NCBI RefSeq assembly: GCF_009914755.1
Contig: NC_060926.1
DNA: 64,000 nucleotides
Reading direction: 5' to 3' (one strand)
Source: the human T2T-CHM13v2.0 reference genome, Homo sapiens
Part shown: positions 48,083-64,000 of the stretch, in pieces
How the letters are laid out: every line of letters starts with the position of its first letter
How positions within the stretch are numbered: position 1 is the stretch's first letter
The notes under the pieces: model-generated
Seen by the model: the letters and a program-made list of their open reading frames with translations, nothing else
Databases searched by the model: none
Told to the model about the DNA's origin: nothing
Made by a program: the position numbers and the translations under genes

Positions 48083-48653
48083 TGTCTGGGGTAATATCCA
48101 AGGTTCGTCATCTCACGCCAAAAAGATTAATGACATAGACATAAAGACACAGAGCAGGTTAAGGAGCAGAAGGTTTAACAGACAAAAATAAATAAATAAA
48201 AGAGAGAGAGAGACAGCTTTCTCATACAGAGAAAGCGGGGTGCCCAAGAGGGTTTCCAGATTTGGGGAGGGATGCGATTGATTTTGTAGAGAGGCTTGAG
48301 GAGGCAGTGATTGATTTAAATGGGGCCCAGGGGATTGGTTTCACCCTAATCTTTTTTATGCATATGTGGTCTCTACCTGGATGGCACCATAACACCCCTA
48401 CACTGGCTACAAAGAAAAGGGAGGGAGGAATCCCATGTTGAAATGTACCTGGCTTCCAGGTACAGCTGCTGTCATTTACACATGCAAGCTTCCAGCTTGC
48501 TTATCTATGCTTGCTTGCAGCTCGATTTTTCAGGCTGTTCTTTGTTAGAAAAGAAATGGTTTGGGGGCTGCTTTTTATTGAAGGAAAATTCCACTGAGAA
48601 TTCTTTTACCCTCACTAACTGCCTAAAATAATTTCTTTTTAACTCCTATATTA
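48083..48653 (-). mobile_element. ERV1 solo LTR (MER83-like)
   Basis: The reverse complement starts taatataggagttaaaaagaaattattttaggcagttagtgagggtaaaag; 4-bp TSD ttat (48079-48082 / 48654-48657). Confidence 0.85.
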
Positions 48654-50800
48654 TTATGGGAAGAGAATTATTAACAAAGTCAGAAATTAATGTCAATTAC
48701 GCTTCCACTGTCATTCATAATTATTGGCTTAATATGAGGTATTCCTACTTTATAAATGGCCATCGCCTAATATTTAATAAGCATAAAAAAGTAGTTTCAT
48801 ATTTCTTATGAAATTTTCAGCAATGGTTAATTTTATTTCATAATGTGAGTTTTAAAGAACATAACTAAGCTAACAATATATTCTATAATAGAATTATAGA
48901 GTATTGCCAACACTACTTTGTAAATTTGATTTTATTTTGTTTCCAAACAAGTTCTATGTTTAGCTAAAATTTATGTTTTAGAAAGTTACATTTTAATAAC
49001 GCAAAGGTACTCAATCAGTGAGTATGCATCTGAATTTTAATCCCTGTTCTAGAAAGACCCCAAACTAGGTTGTGACTACTGATTAAAATTTATAGCTCTC
49101 AGTGATTGTCGTATGGCTGGTCACAGTATAAAATAATTATTTGTTCGAGAGGCCGCTGCACGGCTCCTGGATTTGCTCTTCTTATATTTTCTCTCTCTTC
49201 CTCCACCAGTCTGACCTTTGGCCTTTCACCTTCTCTATATAACAAAACATAATAGGATAATCAATAACTGTCTAGTTTTTGTGTTAGACAACTAGTTACA
49301 GGCAGAAGAGATGAGGTCATCCTACAGAAACATAGCTTCAGGGAATCTGATCCTATTGAAAAATGAGCAGAGAGTACTCAAGGAAGATTGGGCATACAGA
49401 TAATCTAATATATTACAGAATTTTACTAAAATTTTCCTAGAATAAGATATAAAGCCCATGAAATAAGCTATAGCAGAACAAAACTTCAACTCATGGCCAC
49501 ATTTGATAAATTCAGCAAAGCAATAAAGATACCCTTTTCTCCCATTTTTTTATGTAGAAGGATTGAAAATACATGGATAGATTAAATATAGAGACCCAGA
49601 AACAGGTGAGTAAGTTTGGATATATTCACAGCCCCCCTCTTAAGGAGTCATTTTGATATTATTAACTAAAATTATACTCATTCTATATAAGAAAGAGGTG
49701 AAGGTTTATTCATATTGAACAACGCATTCAAATGCATTCTGGATTTTAACATTCTATGTTGAGCACCTACCACAGGAACTATTAAGCAAAACAGATGGTT
49801 CAACAATTGAAAAGAAAAGACATCCTTAAATACCTCCTGGAAGAGGAGGATCTGGATAACTTCTAACAACACTGATGCTATTCAAAATATACCTAGGGTT
49901 TTCAAATAATGTGCCATAAGAACATGAACATGTTAACTACAAATAAGGTAATATATATAATCTCTCATTATGTAGTGAATTTAATATAATGTTGGGGAAA
50001 AACAATGACCAGCACTCCATAAATAATATTTAGTAGAATATCAATATCTCAAGTTATAAATACATATTCTAAGGTACAGGTGTTTTATAGTTAAGTGTTT
50101 TAACATTAAATAAGAAGTAATGTCTGCCCACCTATGTATTAAAAGAAAATCTTCAAACAAAGTTATAGCAACAAATTACATTTTAAAACGTCAGCATTTG
50201 ACAAATTTATCTGTTCAGAGAAATTGTTTTTTTCAAATTGTCTATTAAAATCCCAGTGGATCAATGTTTCATTACACTGATGTATGTATAGAATTTCTCA
50301 GAACCAGGAAGCTCAAAAGGGAGTCTATGTAGGGGTTTCTTATATCATGCTGGGCACTTAGGCATATTCTTACTATGTTAACCATTCCCAACGGCACAGC
50401 CCTCTGGATGTCACACAGAAACCAAGTGCAAATCATCAGCCTCATTGTTAGCAATAAACAATGCTGATAAGCTGGTACAAACTGCCTTGAAACTCCTGAG
50501 ATCCATGCTCATAAAGCAACACTACTTTCAGCACATTTGACTCCAAGCCTAGGGATTAGAGTCATGCAGGTGCATTTCTCATTTCAATGGATCAGTTCTG
50601 GCTAATTCCAGGCCTGAATTCCAACCCTAACACCAGAGGCACATAATCGGATATCTGTGTGTGTTTGTGTGTAAAATGTGTGCATGTGTGTGTGTGTTGA
50701 ATGAATGAATAACTACCTCTAGCTTTTCCTTAAAAACCTGGTTTGAAATTTTAATCCTAATTACCTCCAAATAGAAAATAAACATAGCTGTATTTCATTC

Positions 50801-51556
50801 TAGTGGCAGAGATGACCAACTATCCACCAAAACTTGTACTTCCCCTGCCATAGATCAGTGCCTTGATCTTTTTGGGCTGCTAGTACAAAGCACCATTAAC
50901 TGAGTAGTTTATAAACAACAGAAAATTATTTCTCAAGTTCCGAAGGCTGGAAGATCAAGATCAAGGCACCTGTGGATTCACTGTCGCGTTGTGAGGGCCA
51001 GTTTCCTGTTTTACAGATGGTGCCTTCTCACTGTGTTCTCACAGGATGGAAGCGGTAAGGCAGCTCTCTGGTGCCCCTTTTATAAAGGCACAAATCGTAT
51101 TTATAAGGGCTCTACCCTCATGACCTACCCACCTCCCAAAGGCCACACCTACTAATAGCATCAACTGGGTATTAGATCTCAATACATGAATTTTGTGGGG
51201 AAACAAATATCCGGCATTACTGAGTACTCGTTGGGAAGCAGCTGCCAATCCTAGGGGTACAGTTTCAAATCCTCACCAAAGTCATGCGAGAGAAAGTGAG
51301 TTATATATTGTTTGTAGGCTGAGTGAATTAAGAAGCAGGCATGGCTTCCCACTATATGTTCTTCCCTTTACTTTTCACCTTCAGAGGACCCGGAGGCCCT
51401 AGCGGGTGGGCAGATCATAAGATGGAAACTGACACTGACTAGGAACACCCACATTGTGCAGTTACATGTGCGAGAAATGTGCTAAATCTATTGTGCTGAA
51501 TCACTGAAATGTTGGGCTTTACTACTTATGGGGGCCAGTGTTCCTTAGACAATACT
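50801..51556 (+). mobile_element. MLT1J-like LTR split by MLT1A
   Basis: tagtggcagagatgacc...; resumes after 51220 and ends ctattgtgctgaatcactgaaatgttggg...agacaatac. Confidence 0.6.
50859..51220 (-). mobile_element. MLT1A-type MaLR solo LTR
   Basis: tttgggctgctagtacaaagcacca...gggctctaccctcatgacc...atgaattttgtgggg. Confidence 0.88.
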
Positions 51557-52380
51557 ATTCCTATTTCAAAAAGACAACAATAAAAATGAGACTATACTAC
51601 TCAGTTACTCTCTGATGATTACATTTCACTCTCTATATTTGCAGAATTGCAGCACAATGCTTTTTCATTTAATAATACGTAAATTTCAATTCAGTAATCT
51701 GTTTTTATAATAATTTGTTGGACACATGTCACATATTCTTCTCTTGATATAATTTGTTTTATTTAATTGTAACATTATTATTTGCTTGTGCATGTGTGCT
51801 ACATTTAATGCATTTAAGACATTTTACAACATAAGCTGAACGAAAAGTCTCGTATTTCTATATCTATGCTTTGTATATTGCCTACCAACAAAACATTAAA
51901 AATTGATTTTTTAACTTTTTTGAAGCACATTTTAACCTTGGATTTCTCTGTGTCCTAATTATAAATATTCATTTTATGTGACACAGAGTTTGAAAGGCAT
52001 TACTAATCTATATTACATTTTTCTCTAAATACTCCAGGAAAATATTAAGTCTTGCACAAGCTGCATAAAATTTTCTGTTGATTTGGAGAGATTTACATAT
52101 TATATGTTTATCATTATTACCTGTTTTGGTCATTTTTGAATTGGATATTTATTTTATGAAGCAACCAGTACTTAATTAATTGTGCATAAACCAGTAACTC
52201 CACACAGCTCTGTAATTACACAACATATAATTTGTTATAAATAAACACTACTACTAGGTTCTCAGTAAGGTTACTTTATTACAGTAATTTTTATTGTTTA
52301 ATATAGTACCCAACATTTAAACCTAACTTTTAAATATTCAGTAAAGCATTGCAAATTATTCATCATCAAATCGGTCTTTT

Positions 52381-52695
52381 TAAATTTATTTATTTTTACT
52401 TTTTATTTATTTATTTTAAGACAAGCTCTGGTTCCATCACCCAGGCTGGAGCACAATGGCATGATCATGGCTCATTACAGCCTTGACCTCCTAGGCTCAA
52501 GCAATCCTCCCAACTCAGCCTCCTGAGTAGCTGAGACTATAGGCCACATCTGGCTAACTTTTTTATTTTTATTTTTTGTAGATATGGAGATTCACTATTT
52601 TATCTAGGCTGGTCTCAAACTCCTGGGCGTAAGCAATTCTCTCACCTCAGCCTCCCAAAGTGCTGGGATTACAGGCATGAGCAACCACGCCTGGC
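52381..52695 (-). mobile_element. AluJ
   Basis: atcatggctcattacagccttgacctcctaggctcaagcaatcctccc is a J diagnostic; gtctttt on both flanks. Confidence 0.93.
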
Positions 52696-53381
52696 GTCTT
52701 TTACTTTTAGATAACTGTTATACATTCTTTAATAAATGCTCATAATCTTAGTAAAGTTTTTTGTATCTCTAGCACTGCTTTTTTTCTCTAAAATTAGTAT
52801 GACAATTTGATGCATATAATTTAATCACTTGAATGAAATAACCTGTTTAATATTTTATCAAAAAGGAATGTAAATGTGCATGTTATAAATGTTTTAGATA
52901 CCCCAAAAATAACGTTTTAATAGAATAAAAGTGATACACCTTTAACATCCACTCCTTGTATTACTTTTTAAAAGTGTTCCTATTTTCTTCATTTTATTCA
53001 TATCTGTGCTACTCCTTCCCTAAAGACATTCAGTAATGAGATTCTGTTAAAGGTGGTAACAAAATCATTTCTGCTAAAGAGGAATACCAATCAAAATTTT
53101 TGTACATGCATTCTAGTTTCAAAAATTATCTGTCAAATAAAATTGCAGTGCTTATAAATCTAGCTAGTACCAAATTTTGAATGACAATGCATCAATCATA
53201 CGAAACATTAGTGTTTTGTTTTGTTTTGGATCATTTTACTTTTGCATCACAGTACATGCTAAATTCACCTTCATCTCCAGGATCTTTTTTCTTTCAGTAG
53301 AAGTAGAGAAAGTTGAGTGGTTTTTGTATATTTTGGCCAAATTAAGTTGAATTCTCTTTGTGAACAAAATCTACAAATAGG

Positions 53382-53691
<310 letters not shown>

Positions 53692-54123
53692 CTAATAGGA
53701 ATTCTCTTTGTGAACAAAATTCACAAATACGAATAAAATAGTTCTGGGTAATATCTTTTTAATTCACAAACATATATTGAAAAGAAAAGTAAAATTAGGG
53801 ATACTTAAAGCAGATTGGAGACTCACTAATAATTATACAGCTTTCTATATGAATTAAGTCCTGGAGTAAAGAACTGCTGAGAGAAAAATCTTGGAAGTGG
53901 TTGTTCTTATTTCTTCAGTGGAGAAATGGCTTATGTTTACCTTCAGAATTGGTACAGCGAATTCAGTATGGTTATCTCTCTCCGGAAAAAAAATTAAAAT
54001 GTATGACTATCTCTATTAACATCTGTGAATTGCTCCAGAAGTAGACGATCAAAACAAAATCTCTCCCAACAACTTGAGGGTGGTATTAATTAGCTATGTG
54101 GTTTAGGTTTTTCTAATTGATAA

Positions 54124-54478
<355 letters not shown>

Positions 54479-55120
54479 GAAAGGAAAATTCTTTACTGAG
54501 CACAGACGTAATAGTGAGTAACAGGAATTAAACATCAATTGCACTCATGGTCTGCAACAACCTTGGTTCTTAATGTCAGCAGCCAAATTCTAATGATTCC
54601 ACTTTTGAGTCCAGAGGCACAATAGCCTGGAGGAATATGGAGTGATTGAAAGAGGTAGAGTTAGGAAGAGCAAGTCTGGACTCCAAATTGGATTTCCCAA
54701 AAGACTTTAATAAAACCAATAGAATAGAACAATAACGAAACTTAAAAGTTACTAAGAAGAGGTTCCCATTATTCGTAGTTTTGAGCAATTTCAGACATCT
54801 TCTTCTGCAATAGTTGCAATATAATTTAATTCCCTAGAAGGCTTCAACAAATCATTCTAAAAAACCAAATAGTAATTCTAAAAAGTAAGAAGAAAAAGCT
54901 GTACTTTGTGAACTGAATAAAAGTAACACAATATGATATCTTTTTGTTTTACAATGGCTGAGCCATAATGTATTCATATAGGTAAAGTCGTCTATTTAAC
55001 CCTGAATTGAGTTAAATATAAATTGATAAAGACATTCAATCATAAATTCACAAAATATGGTAGCACCAAGGCGAACAAATTAATATTAGTATTATTAATC
55101 TGCAAAATTTTATACTATCA

Positions 55121-55510
<390 letters not shown>

Positions 55511-56029
55511 AAAAGCTTCTATGAGAAAAATCATACTTTGATTAGTTTTTAATTTAAATGTGAAGATGTATAGGAAAGACTTCAGAAATTATGAAGATCA
55601 AAATAAATGTAAATTACTTATTATTGTTATATATTATTGATATTCCTACAAGTAATGCTTTTAGCACTCTCTTTTTTACTAAATCATTACAATGGTCATG
55701 TTATATAACAATAAATATCAAAGTTTTTTATTCTTACCTAATGTTACCTAAATTTTGAATTTGGTATGAGTTTGTTGGGGAATATTACAAAATGGTAGAT
55801 GAACAGCAATAAAAATTACAATTATCTATAATTTTTAATACTATGCCAAAATGAGTGTATGCAATTATATTTGATTATTTGTTAAAATAATAAAATACTG
55901 GAAACAACAAAGTTGAATTTCTTCATCTCAAAGATAGTAGTTCTAAAACTACATTTTCAGTTAATAATTCAACAGATGTATGTCCACCACCAATTACTAT
56001 GAGATTTACTATGAAGTCAAGAAAGAATT

Positions 56030-56262
56030 ATGTGATTGAAAAAATACTAAATTAAGTTCAGAAGATATGGATTCTGATTTGCTTAGTAACCAGCCATAAA
56101 ATTCTGCTACATTTACTTAGATTCTTGATGTCTCTGTTACCTCATTCATTTGTTCATTGAACAAATGCCTTTTAAATAATTATCTTTGACAGGCACTGAT
56201 CTGGGAAGTGAGGTTTGTATTAGGATGACTTCTAAGGTCCTCTTTAACTCCAGCATTCCTAT
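56030..56262 (+). mobile_element. MIR/MIR3 fragment with embedded antisense L2 end
   Basis: gttcagaagatatggattctg...gatgacttctaaggtcctctttaactc; cattcatttgttcattgaacaaat is the L2 tail. Confidence 0.6.
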
Positions 56263-58473
56263 AGAGCTAAATAGAGTTTAATAGGACTAGTCAATAATCA
56301 GATAAGGGAATAGTAATACTAGATTTTCCCTAGTCTTTCCCAACTCTCTGATACTCTACTTAATCCTACTCATAGGAAGCTCTGGGCTATCCATTTCATT
56401 TGTTACCTTATCCATATTTGTGATAAAATTTACTTGTCTTTTATCAAAAGGCCATCTCTGAAATTATCTTAATATGTGTTAAGGATTGCTACATTATTTC
56501 TCCACATAACATTTTTATCATTAGCAATTGCTTCAAATTGCTTTAGATATCCTTATGGTAGGTGAACTTATTCGAATGTACAGAATATGGCATTTTTTTA
56601 AATGGCAGCAGAGAGTAATTCTGCAAAGCCTTAATAATGATAATTTTTTTTCATACATTTGGAGAGAGGTATGCTCTCAGTCCCAGGATATGGTACAGAT
56701 AGTAAGTGTCTGGGTAAAGGTAGTGCAGGGTTCAGTGTAGTGCTCAGTTCATTACAGGCTGCGCTTGGCTTATGGGAACCAAAGCTAAGACAATATTTAT
56801 TAAATTTTAATAAAATAGCAAATGCAAACTAGGATTTGTAGATCTATTTGCATAACATCTTTTAATCTATTAACTACCATGTTGTAATAATACTTTAAGA
56901 AATCCGTATAAAAGTAAGTCCAATTGTAATTAAACTATAAGCCATAAAGCAACAAATTATGACTGTTTTTCTTTTGCATTATACCTGTGAATCAAACTAG
57001 AAGTCAGTGATGTACAATATATCAAAAAATTTCATGAATCATGTCACCCACGATTGAGAGTTCTTTGGGAAAATACATTACTCTTTTGTGAAGAGTAGTG
57101 TATCATATTTTCTCAAAGAATTCTCACACTTCTCTGTGTATAGGCCATAAAATATTTGATGGCTATGAAGAAAACTCATGGTGGTTAAATTCCTAGGATC
57201 AGAAGGTCAAAAGATGCTTGAGACATTTACTTTTGAAGTATTCAAACTGGATCATACTAGAACCATCATTTAATGTACTCTTAAAATAAGTATAAATATT
57301 TTATTTTTAAAATACATTACTATTTCCCTCTGTTAAACAAACTAATAAGAATTTTAAAAATCAAAAATAATAAACATTTTTGTTATTTTTTTCATTAATC
57401 ATGTTACCTATTTTCTTCTTCCTTTAAAAGCTAGATCTACTTTTCTTTTCATATCTTTCAGCACTATGCCCAAGGATATATTTATCTTCCTCTTTCAACT
57501 TTAACAAAAGCCCCCACGTATTTTGTAACCATAGTTATGAAAGAAAAGTATTGTTTCTCAAAATCTTGGGCAACTGAATATGGCACTTTAAGATATAATG
57601 TTTTCCAGATATGATAGAACCATCTTCTTGCCTTAATGGCCTTTTTCTTAGGAAGTTGTTTGATTTGTTATCCTAGTAGTTTTCAGTAAGCCTTCATCAG
57701 AAGTATGTTATTTAAGGTTCTGTTTATTTATAATTTATTCTCTTGCTGCTTTCTGCTCTCACACAATTTTTGCATGCATCTCTCTGAAGCTGCCTTTCAT
57801 TCTACCTTCTATTTACATTATTTTGATAAATGTCTCATCCATTTTACGTTAATCCAAATAAGCTCTCTGGAGTTAGGTATGCTGTTTTTCCTTTATCTTT
57901 GTGTACTTGAGCAAATATACTTCTCCATAATCTGTGTATATTCACTGTTAATACCTGAGTTTTATACACCCTGATGTTTGGTAAAGAGAATTTACTAACC
58001 CCTTGGTTCGTTCTATATCTTTCATTTTGTACATTTTTAAAATGCCCTTTTATTGCATTTATATGTGCTCTAAAATATGTTTATGTGGCTTTCAAAATCA
58101 TTTACCTCAAATTTTAATTTCAATAATCTGTACCTACCATCAGAAAAATATTATTCTAACAAATCTAAGTTATCTAAATTACATTTAAGGTACTTCATTT
58201 TTTACCTCATTTTAACCTGAGATAAAAAGTTCCAGGTTAATATTAAAATTAATGTATTTTTTGTTCCATTCCCCACTCATTCTTTCTTCTAAATTGAAGT
58301 TATTAGATTGTTTATTTTTCCTATTAGATTTTTATGCGATTTTTAATGCATTTAATTGACTGTTTCCTGTCTGTATTTGTAAAGTTCAGTGTTATAAAGC
58401 ATATTTGATAAATATCCAGATTATAACAATGTTATTTTACCATGGTAGCTACATCTACCTAGAAAGCCAATTA

Positions 58474-59215
58474 CTGTGCAATAAAAAATTTGGCCTTTGT
58501 CCTTGGTTCTTGGGAAGTGGCCTTTAAATCCTTGGAATTTCTCATATGATAGGAGTGTCATTATTATTCACGGTGAGCCCTGACAGTTTATGCTAAAGAG
58601 ATGATTCAGTACGGGGGCTGGCCATGACAGAAAGACCAACCTGTAATTAGAGTGTTGGGGTTTTAAGACACTTTATACCAGCCTTACCTCTGGGAACAGA
58701 GGGTGCTGAAGGTTGAGTTCGATCATGTAATCAATGATTCAATAAATTATGCTTATGTTATGAAACCCCAATAAAAACCCTGGACATAAAAGGTGAGGTG
58801 AGCGTCCCTGGTTGGCAATATTCTGTATGTTTTCACACCAATATCCCACCAGTTATCACACCAAGATGTCAGGAAATTAATGTGTAATGACTTCACAGGG
58901 GAGGACATAGAAACTTCATGTTTGAAAAACCTCCGAGACCTCACCCTATGTGTTTCTTCTTTTGAGTGGTTCTGATATATATGCTTGGGCTGTAAAAAAA
59001 TTTTGATAATCTGCCTGAGTTCTGTGAGTTGTTCTAGTGAATTTTGAGGTGGGGTAAGGGAAACATCAGGTTTTGTGGCCAATTGGCCAGAGGTGCAGGT
59101 GGCACTAGGACTCTGGAACTTGTGACTGGTGTCTGAAGTGAGGGCAGTCTTGTGGAGGACAATGCCTTTAACTTATGAAGTTCACTCTAACTCTGTTAGT
59201 GTCAGAAATTACTGC
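58474..59215 (+). mobile_element. MER21-family LTR
   Basis: ccttggaatttctcatatgataggagtgtc, gaaaccccaataaaaaccctggac, terminal ttagtgtcagaa. Confidence 0.85.
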
Positions 59216-59290
59216 TCTAATTAAATGTATATCTGCATATAATTACAATCTCCAACAGGATAAATAAGTATTGCACACCATTATGTAGAT

Positions 59291-59409
59291 CAGAGTTTTC
59301 AATTTCAGCATTATTGACATTTGGAGCTAGACAATTCCTTTTTGTTTGTGTGAAGGGCCATCACATTATAAGGATGCTGCTAAATATTGAGTGTCTTGAG
59401 AACCAATGA
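59291..59409 (+). mobile_element. MER20 remnant (hAT-Charlie), internally deleted
   Basis: cagagttttcaatttcagcattattgacatttgg...ggatgctgctaaata...ttgagaaccaatg. Confidence 0.7.
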
Positions 59410-60047
59410 TTTACATACAAATGCCTTAAAAACAGGAACATAGAAATTCACATATGGAAATAATTTGGTATGTAACATTGGTGGAAATCAATAAGTGAAT
59501 ATATGTAATACGTATACTCATCTCATATAAATATGTATTTCTAGAGAAATGTCCAGTTATTTCACTGTCATTATCAGCTTTCTTTTCAATAGCACAGCAT
59601 CTTCATCACACCTAGAATATAGATTCTCTAGTATTTTGCATAGATTATGCAACAAATGTTTTGTATTTCTACTGTTTTCCCTAAAGTTATGTACTGATAT
59701 ATTTTTTCAGGTATTCCAAAAGCTATGTTGTGTTCCCCATTTCCATAGGAAAAAATATATTAAATTAGGTTGTAGTTCATAACTTTATACAGTCTAGGAT
59801 CCAGTAATGGAGGTTATTACTCTTCTCAATGACAAAGATGCTAATTTTTCTATTGTTGGCAGACAGAAGTTTGTACCCAGAGTATACATAATAAAAAATA
59901 TAATAAAGTAAAATCTTATATAATGAAGGCCATAAAATAATTTAAGTATATTTCAAGATGAATATGAATTATATTGTTTCTTTAATATAACAATTTACCT
60001 ATTTAAATCCTAAGAGCATCCAATAGTTCAAAATTCATCATTGATCT

Positions 60048-60434
60048 TGTATTAGTCCTTTCTTATACTGCTATAAAGAAACACGTGAGATTGGGTAAAT
60101 TATGGAGAAAAGAAGTTTAATTGACTCACAGTTCCACAAACTTAACAGGAAGCATGACTGGGAGGCCTCAGGAAACTTACAATCATGGCAGAAGGCAAAG
60201 GGAAAGTAAGCACATCTTACCATGGCAGAGCAGGAGAGAGAGAGAGAGGGAGGGAGAGAGCTAAGGGAGAAGTGCCACACAGTTTCAAACAAGCAGATCT
60301 CCTGAGAACACACTATCATGAGAATAGCAAGGGTGAAGTTCGCCCTTATGATTCAATTACCTTCCACTCCCCTTCCCCATGGGTTTACAATTCTACATGA
60401 GATTTGGCTGGGGACACAGAGCCAAACCATATCA
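60048..60434 (-). mobile_element. MSTA/THE1D MaLR solo LTR
   Basis: tgtattagtcc...agccaaaccatatca; perfect 5-bp TSD gatct (60043-60047 / 60435-60439). Confidence 0.95.
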
Positions 60435-60759
60435 GATCTGATTTTTTAAAGTTCTCTTAATAACTTCTCTTTGACTAATGTTAATTAAATAAATTATTCC
60501 TTGTAACCTGGACATATTCAAAAAGGAATTGAAGCAGTTTAATATACATACTATAAGACTAAAACATTAATTGGAGAAATTATACATCAATGAGAAGAAA
60601 GAATATTTTGAGGGCTTTTCAGAGGAAACAAAATAATGTGGTAAAGCAAAAAGATGTGAGAAAATTATCAATGGATAAGAACATTAAATACTAAAAGTTA
60701 TGAGAAATCCAAACATCTTTATTTAGTGGCAGAGAAAATAACAGAAAGTTAACAGTTTT

Positions 60760-61545
60760 GATACTTTTATACATGTACAATGGAATTGAGCTACTAAGTA
60801 AAATAAAGATGGATGGTGGGAGTGAGGTTTCTCACTGTTGGAGTTGGAGTTTGCAAATAAGGTAGGGAGAAGGCTAAAACAATTTATGCAGTAAGAGATT
60901 AGAGTTGAAGAGTATCATGTTTAGCTCAATATAGATTTATGGTTATATATAGAATGATTATATATAGAAATATTTATAAATGGCATATTTATACTTACAT
61001 ATGCATGCCTGTGTATAGATAGATAGATAGGTACATATATATTTTCTTGCTGTCAGTCAAGAGGGCCTGGGAACAAACATATCCTAGTAGCAAAAAGCAA
61101 ACCTAGCACCCAGATTTTAGCTTCTAATACATTCTCCAACAAAAGGCACAAGGACTCCTTGGAGAAATAGATGATTCTAGGACTGCAGCAGGAAATATAC
61201 AAGATGAGCCTGGGACATCTTGTATTACCAAAAAATAAGAAAGTGCTTCAAAAAGAAAAAGAAAACACACAATATAATGTCTGTATGCCAAAGGGAAGGA
61301 GGAATTAACTGAAAGAGCTCTCATTTGCCAAAACTGGAATAACTGGAGCAAGAAAATAAACAAGTTAGATTAGATTATAACCCAAAATAATATATCCTGG
61401 AGTTCATACTGGTATAAATAGATGGTTGAATGAATACATAAATCAGAGAGAAGAAACAAATATCCATGCAGAAGAATTACAAATAATTTGTGAGGAAACT
61501 CCATATTCCAGAAGAGGGACCCCAAAATCCTTACTCCTTAAAGTA
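60760..61545 (+). mobile_element. L1MD/L1MC 3' UTR fragment
   Basis: Sense counterpart of the 36200-36560 motifs: cctagcacccagattttag, gatgattctaggactgcagcaggaaatatacaagatgagc. Confidence 0.8.
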
Positions 61546-61714
61546 TCACCATTCACACCCCACCTTATGCTCCGCATATATTAGTTTGCTTTAAGTACTA
61601 ATCTATGACACATATAATCCTGACTCACCATTCCTAAAACCTGACATAGCAATAATAGTATAAAGCTAGTAGTTTTATGGCCCTTTTTGGTCTTATAAAA
61701 CACTTTCATTAATA

Positions 61715-61870
61715 TCACATTCAAACTTTGCAATAAATCTGTATAGTAGGAAACGTTTTTACTACTTTGCAGAAAAGTGATTAAAGTTTTAAAAGTCCTC
61801 TGTGTATCTGATTTAGCCATGACATAGAACTAGCTATTCTGACTCCATATTTAGTACCATTTCTACAATG
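61715..61870 (-). mobile_element. MIR fragment
   Basis: ctttgcagaaaag...tctgactccatatttagt. Confidence 0.5.
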
Positions 61871-62020
61871 TCTCTCAAATCCACACCTTGATAAAATCCA
61901 CCTTCAATATGTTTAGGCCACAGCACCTATAAACATCAACATATACTTAAAGTTTCAGAGACACACATTCCTAAAAGCAAATGAACATTTAAATACACAT
62001 TCCTCTATATAACTAAGTTC

Positions 62021-64000
<1,980 letters not shown>

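Noticed and set aside
49117-49170. TATA-like tataaaa followed by a CpG-containing stretch as a promoter
   Set aside because: Only a few CpGs, no CpG island, and TATA-like words are abundant in this AT-rich DNA.

Overview
AT-rich primate (human-like) genomic DNA, intergenic or deep-intronic. I found no credible protein-coding gene, RNA gene or CRISPR array. The listed ORFs are antisense/sense Alu translations, broken L1 ORF2 pieces, or chance ORFs in AT-rich DNA. Much of the window is transposon-derived: 9 Alus, two 5'-inverted (twin-primed) L1PA copies, an end-to-end L1MA-type element with TSDs, L1MD/MC and L1M remnants, many solo LTRs (THE1/MST, MLT1, MLT2, MER4D, MER83-like, MER21, LTR16, MER54-like), an ERVL pol remnant, DNA transposons (MER6A, MADE1, MER20, MER119-like), L2/MIR relics and microsatellites. 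Subfamily names come from recalled consensus sequences, not a database search. The most unusual signal is a set of locally templated sequence scars. One L1 carries two fold-back (hairpin) junctions and a 40-bp inverted templated insertion. A ~105-bp copy of flanking DNA is captured inside a MER4D LTR. There is also a perfect 85-bp tandem duplication and several smaller duplications. I do not see a new gene system.
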